64,000 bases of DNA from Oikopleura dioica. Taxonomy: Eukaryota > Animalia > Chordata. Shown piece by piece: positions 60,191-64,000 of this stretch. The translations under genes were made by a program, and so were the position numbers. The notes below the pieces were generated by a model. The model saw nothing but the letters and a program-made list of their open reading frames with translations, made no database searches and was not told the DNA's origin. The stretch spans positions 1,612,001-1,676,000 of the forward strand of contig OU015569.1 in the NCBI GenBank assembly GCA_907165135.1. Direction: 5' to 3'. Every line of letters starts with the position of its first letter. Within the stretch, counting starts at the first letter, position 1.

Positions 60191-61440
60191 ATGACTTCAA
60201 CTCGGACGGACTTGTCGACCGAGGAAGGGGATCATCAAAACCGCGATGAGTCGCATTCGCCGATTTCGATGGCCAGCACGGGAATCAGCTTCGAAGAAAT
60301 AGGCCATGACGATATTGAAGATATCAAGTAAGTTCTAGGGCAGTTGTTGATATGACCATCTTTAAGGATTGAAAACTAAGAATCTCGAAAAAAACAATCA
60401 ATTTATTTTTATTTTAAAATTTGTTCAGTAAATCGGAAGCTGGCAAAAAGTCACCGACGATTTCTTCACTTGCTTCTTCCTCCTCAAAAGATGTTTCGAT
60501 TATAGAAGACGCTTCGGAAACAGAAGTCAGCGGCGACGACGAAGAAAGCTCAACTGCCGCCAATCGTAATCTTCGAAAGCAATCGGAAATGCAGTTGGAG
60601 GAAGAGCCAGTCGTTGCTCCAGAGCAACCTCCTTTGCCGGACTCTCCGGCTTACACTCCGCGGGGATTAAACGACTCGCTAGTGAGCAGTGGATCTCTTC
60701 AAAGCCTTCGAGGACGGGGCCGTGGGCGGCTTCGAATGCCGCAGCCGCCAAAAATGACCGACCTTGGAGAATCACTAAAAATTCGTCAAGTCACCAACTG
60801 ATGCCGTGCCTCTAAGGTAAAAGATCTATTTGAGGCTTTACTCAAAGTTGTTTCACCGTAATTCACCTTTTAGAACGAATCATCCTTTCCAGTACTCGGA
60901 TCCAGAGTTGAAAGCCGAGCCTGCTCTAATTGAGAATCTTGAAATAGCAGCACCAAGTCCGCCCCAAAGAGCCACCGTTGAAAGCGACTTTTCTGAAGAG
61001 GATGCGGATGACGAGCGTAACAATTCGAGAGAAGAGAGCCCGGTTCTAGAAGAACGCCCCGAGACGCCGGTCAGAGATCAGAGAGAAGAAGAACGAAATC
61101 ATGGAGGAGAAGCTTCGAATCTACAAGTTCCAAATGAGGAATTTTTTAATTTTGAAGAAATCATTCGGGATTTGCGGGAAGAGCTGGAAACGACTAGAAC
61201 TGAATTTGATCTTCAACAAGACTCCCAAGTTGACGAATTGAACTCTCTGAAGGAAGAAATAAAGCGTCTGATGAAACAAAATACCAAATTAGGTGATGAG
61301 AATGAAGAAATAAGCTAGAATTACGAGAAGCTTCGCGAAAGTTACGATCAAGTTCTGCAGGGGACACGGACTATTAGTCCTTTGAAAGGATCAGTGCATT
61401 TTCAATTCCTTATTATTACTATCTATTTGTCAATAAATAA
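60191..61440 (+). CDS. Acidic low-complexity protein with a C-terminal coiled coil
   Basis: Exons from MTSTRTDLSTEEG to EEIIRDLREELETTRTEFDLQQDSQVDELNSLKEEIKRL; the 3' end is ambiguous. Confidence 0.6.
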
Positions 61441-61622
61441 AATTTACGCCTTGCATCAATAAGTAGATACATCATCATTAGCAGCTTTTGGTGACGGTAG
61501 AGGCGAGTTGGAAGAGGGTCATTGAAGTTTATTCAAGTCCTACAGCTCGAACTATACAAAAGAAAAAGGAACAGCGGATAAGTGTACATGTGCTCTGTTT
61601 TGTTCATGGCTGTGGTGCAGCT

Positions 61623-63290
61623 TCAAGTGTCAGTGTACAGGTTTGGGTGGCCATAATGAACGTCGCACTCAATTTCGCGACAGTGCACGCTTTTTCGAGT
61701 TTTTAATTGTGAAATTAAAATTGTAAAAAGTTGAACTTGAAAACCCGTAGCAAAATCGTCCGGCGTTGTAGTCGTCCATGTCCACTCTTTTTTTCAGCGA
61801 GACTTTGGAAGCAGAATCAACGATCAACGAAATAAGGCCGCCGAGCCAAGAAAGGCCGAGTAATGTCCAGATGTAAACTGAAATGAAAAACTTCAACTAT
61901 GAAATATTTTTTTTACTACTCTAAAAAAAATAATGCTAAGGAAACTGCCAGAGCTATTTTCATTTTCAACTAAATTTTTGGACAATCCCCGCCCAAGATT
62001 CTCGGGGATGGCCACTTGTCAACGTCAATTATAAGTATCGATAAATCGGTTGTTTTACCCGTTACTCTGTAGAAATCGAAATATATCTGTCCAATTTGAT
62101 TATGCTCGTGATCGTTGGTGACGTCTCTGTCCTGGCGATGTTGCTCCTTGTATCGAATGTAGTCCGCTAGTGAAGAAAAAAAACGCATTTCATCAATACT
62201 AAATAAAGATAAAACTCGCTTACATGTTGGGCAGTAGTCGCCGAAGCCGATTGTAAGAAGCGTGATCATCGTGAAATACCACGCTTCAAGCAGCGTCCAG
62301 CCCTCGATGTGATGGAAGACTACGGCTTTTTTAGTGGTTCAAAAATGAACCCGCATTTGTCGAATTCGGAAATATTGTCTTTTGAACCTGGCTGGAATGA
62401 GCGAGCAAAAAATGAAACCGCCGACGACGTAGACAAGCAAGGCAATGGCGGAAGCGAAACGAGCAGTTGTTTTTGCGACTTTGCGTTCTAGTTCTTTGAA
62501 CTTTTCGAGCAAGAAATCCGATGTCCTCTTCATGATGTAATAAAAAAGCGGCACTCCGATCATTGCATAGCAGATGCAGAAGACCTTTCCTGGGTTCGTG
62601 CTTGGATACACATTTCCATATCCTAATTTCTTTACATTCCTTTTCACAGATTACAAGATAGAGTACCTAGAGTTGTGACAACTGTGCCGACAAAGTAGTA
62701 CGAGCTCAGAAACGACCATTTATTTGTGCACCCGTCCGAAATCATGTCAGCATGGTCGACAGCACCAGATTTGACAGTTTTTAGCAGCTCACTGAAGAAA
62801 TAGCTAGATCTTTCGCCAGAACACTTTCCAAGATGGGTGCACTTACTTGTACATTTCTTTGGTCATTGTGATATTGTCGTCTTTGCTCAAGTCCTTTAGC
62901 TCTGTCATGTTCCTGCCGAAGCTAAAGAGAAGTAATTAGCGCTACTGTTCTGAGACTGTTGCGTTAATATTAATCCAGTTACTGTATCCCTCTGAATGCT
63001 CAGAAGGACTCACGTTTGCCAGACCATCTCTTCGCCAGCGACCAAGTAGAGTCTCCCAAACTCATTAACAAATTCGCATTTTTGTTCTTCGACAGGCCTT
63101 TCCAGCTGCATAAACATGTAAGCTCTTTCACCATCGGTTGCTCAACTGAAGATGCCTCTTTCTAGCCGCTAAGCTTTTGATCAACCGGTGCCCAAAGAAC
63201 AAGTACGAGAAATACAGTAGCAAAAGGAACCAGTACGTCCAACATGAGAAGTTTTCGTAAAAGCTGTCGGGGAGACTGTTGTCCAGATTG
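61623..63290 (-). CDS. Two-pore-domain potassium channel (K2P/KCNK family); 5' end unresolved
   Basis: M1 [15 protein letters not shown]; pore 1 [24 protein letters not shown]; pore 2 [24 protein letters not shown]; M4 [13 protein letters not shown]. Confidence 0.9.
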
Positions 63291-63529
63291 AACCTTAATT
63301 GAATTTCAGCCTCTTTTTGCCAGGTCTAAATTTAAATCGAGTTAAAGCTCGACCCCTCTTTCTCTAACTTTGCTCAAGCTGAGATCATCAAAACAGGGCT
63401 GCTATTAAGGATATAGCCGTTCTCAAGGCACTTTCGTAGCGCCGAAATGGGGCGATAAATTTTTTTCATTTCAAGACAGGTCCTACCTAAAATTATGTCT
63501 ACAGTTCGATTCTGATGTTTTTGAAAATT

Positions 63530-64000
63530 TTTTTCAAAGAAAATTTCTCTCTAGACCGATTTGAAATCTTACGATCACTTTTTCTCGAAATTTTTCAATT
63601 AAATCGCTAAAACTAAACCGTGTATTATTATGAAAAACTGTTAATCTAGCTTCGTAGGGCCTCAAAATTTGAAAACTCGAGCAAATTTTAATTCTAGCGT
63701 CTTCTTCTTTTTGGCTCTTCTTTTTCAAAAATGCTGCGTTCAGGGCTCTCGACCAATCAGCGCGCTCTTTCACATGCGCGCCTCACCGCGCGATGGAGGA
63801 GAGCGTCCAGCGCAGCGAACCAGAGCGCTGTCTGACGCTTTGGCTCACTCAAGTAAGCCTCATAAAAATGGCTGTAGAATCATAAATATTTGGAATCTAT
63901 TTAAATTTAGGCCCTAGGAATGTAGAAAAAGGTCCAAATTTTTAATTTATCAAAAAACTCTACCGATTTAATGGAAAATTCTTGAGAAAAAGTGATCGTA
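63530..64000. repeat. Inverted repeat, probably a MITE cut by the window end
   Basis: TACGATCACTTTTTCTC near 63571 is mirrored by GAGAAAAAGTGATCGTA at the last bases of the window. Confidence 0.55.

Noticed and set aside
1-64000. Autonomous transposase, reverse transcriptase, rRNA, 5S or spliced-leader RNA genes
   Set aside because: No matching motifs were seen in the ORF track or the sequence.

Overview
Compact animal genomic DNA: about 25 genes with very short introns, several GA-AG and GC-AG splice sites, and many MITEs. These traits suggest an appendicularian tunicate such as Oikopleura; this is an inference, not a database result. Recognisable genes: the WDR12 3' end, a bestrophin, a RING-finger gene, tRNA-Met, a PLA2-like secreted protein, two tandem RING/IBR-like genes, sushi and LRR genes, a voltage-gated K+ channel, an SLC18B1-like MFS transporter, two core-2/I-branching GlcNAc transferases, a VWA protein, a collagen IX-like FACIT locus and a K2P channel. 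There are at least five MITE families, identified by target-site duplications of 8 bp (two families), 9 bp, TTA and TA, but no transposase. Most unusual observations: (1) a collagen exon that reads as Gly-X-Y with about 20 Gly codons precisely missing; (2) an intron-bearing gene with class-A beta-lactamase/PBP motifs, a horizontal-transfer candidate; (3) a hAT MITE in apparent coding sequence whose ends form an in-frame GT-AG intron; (4) a second first exon and a nested antisense gene inside the collagen locus; (5) an unexplained GC-rich structured island beside tRNA-Met. All exon joins were worked out by eye and need RNA-seq confirmation.
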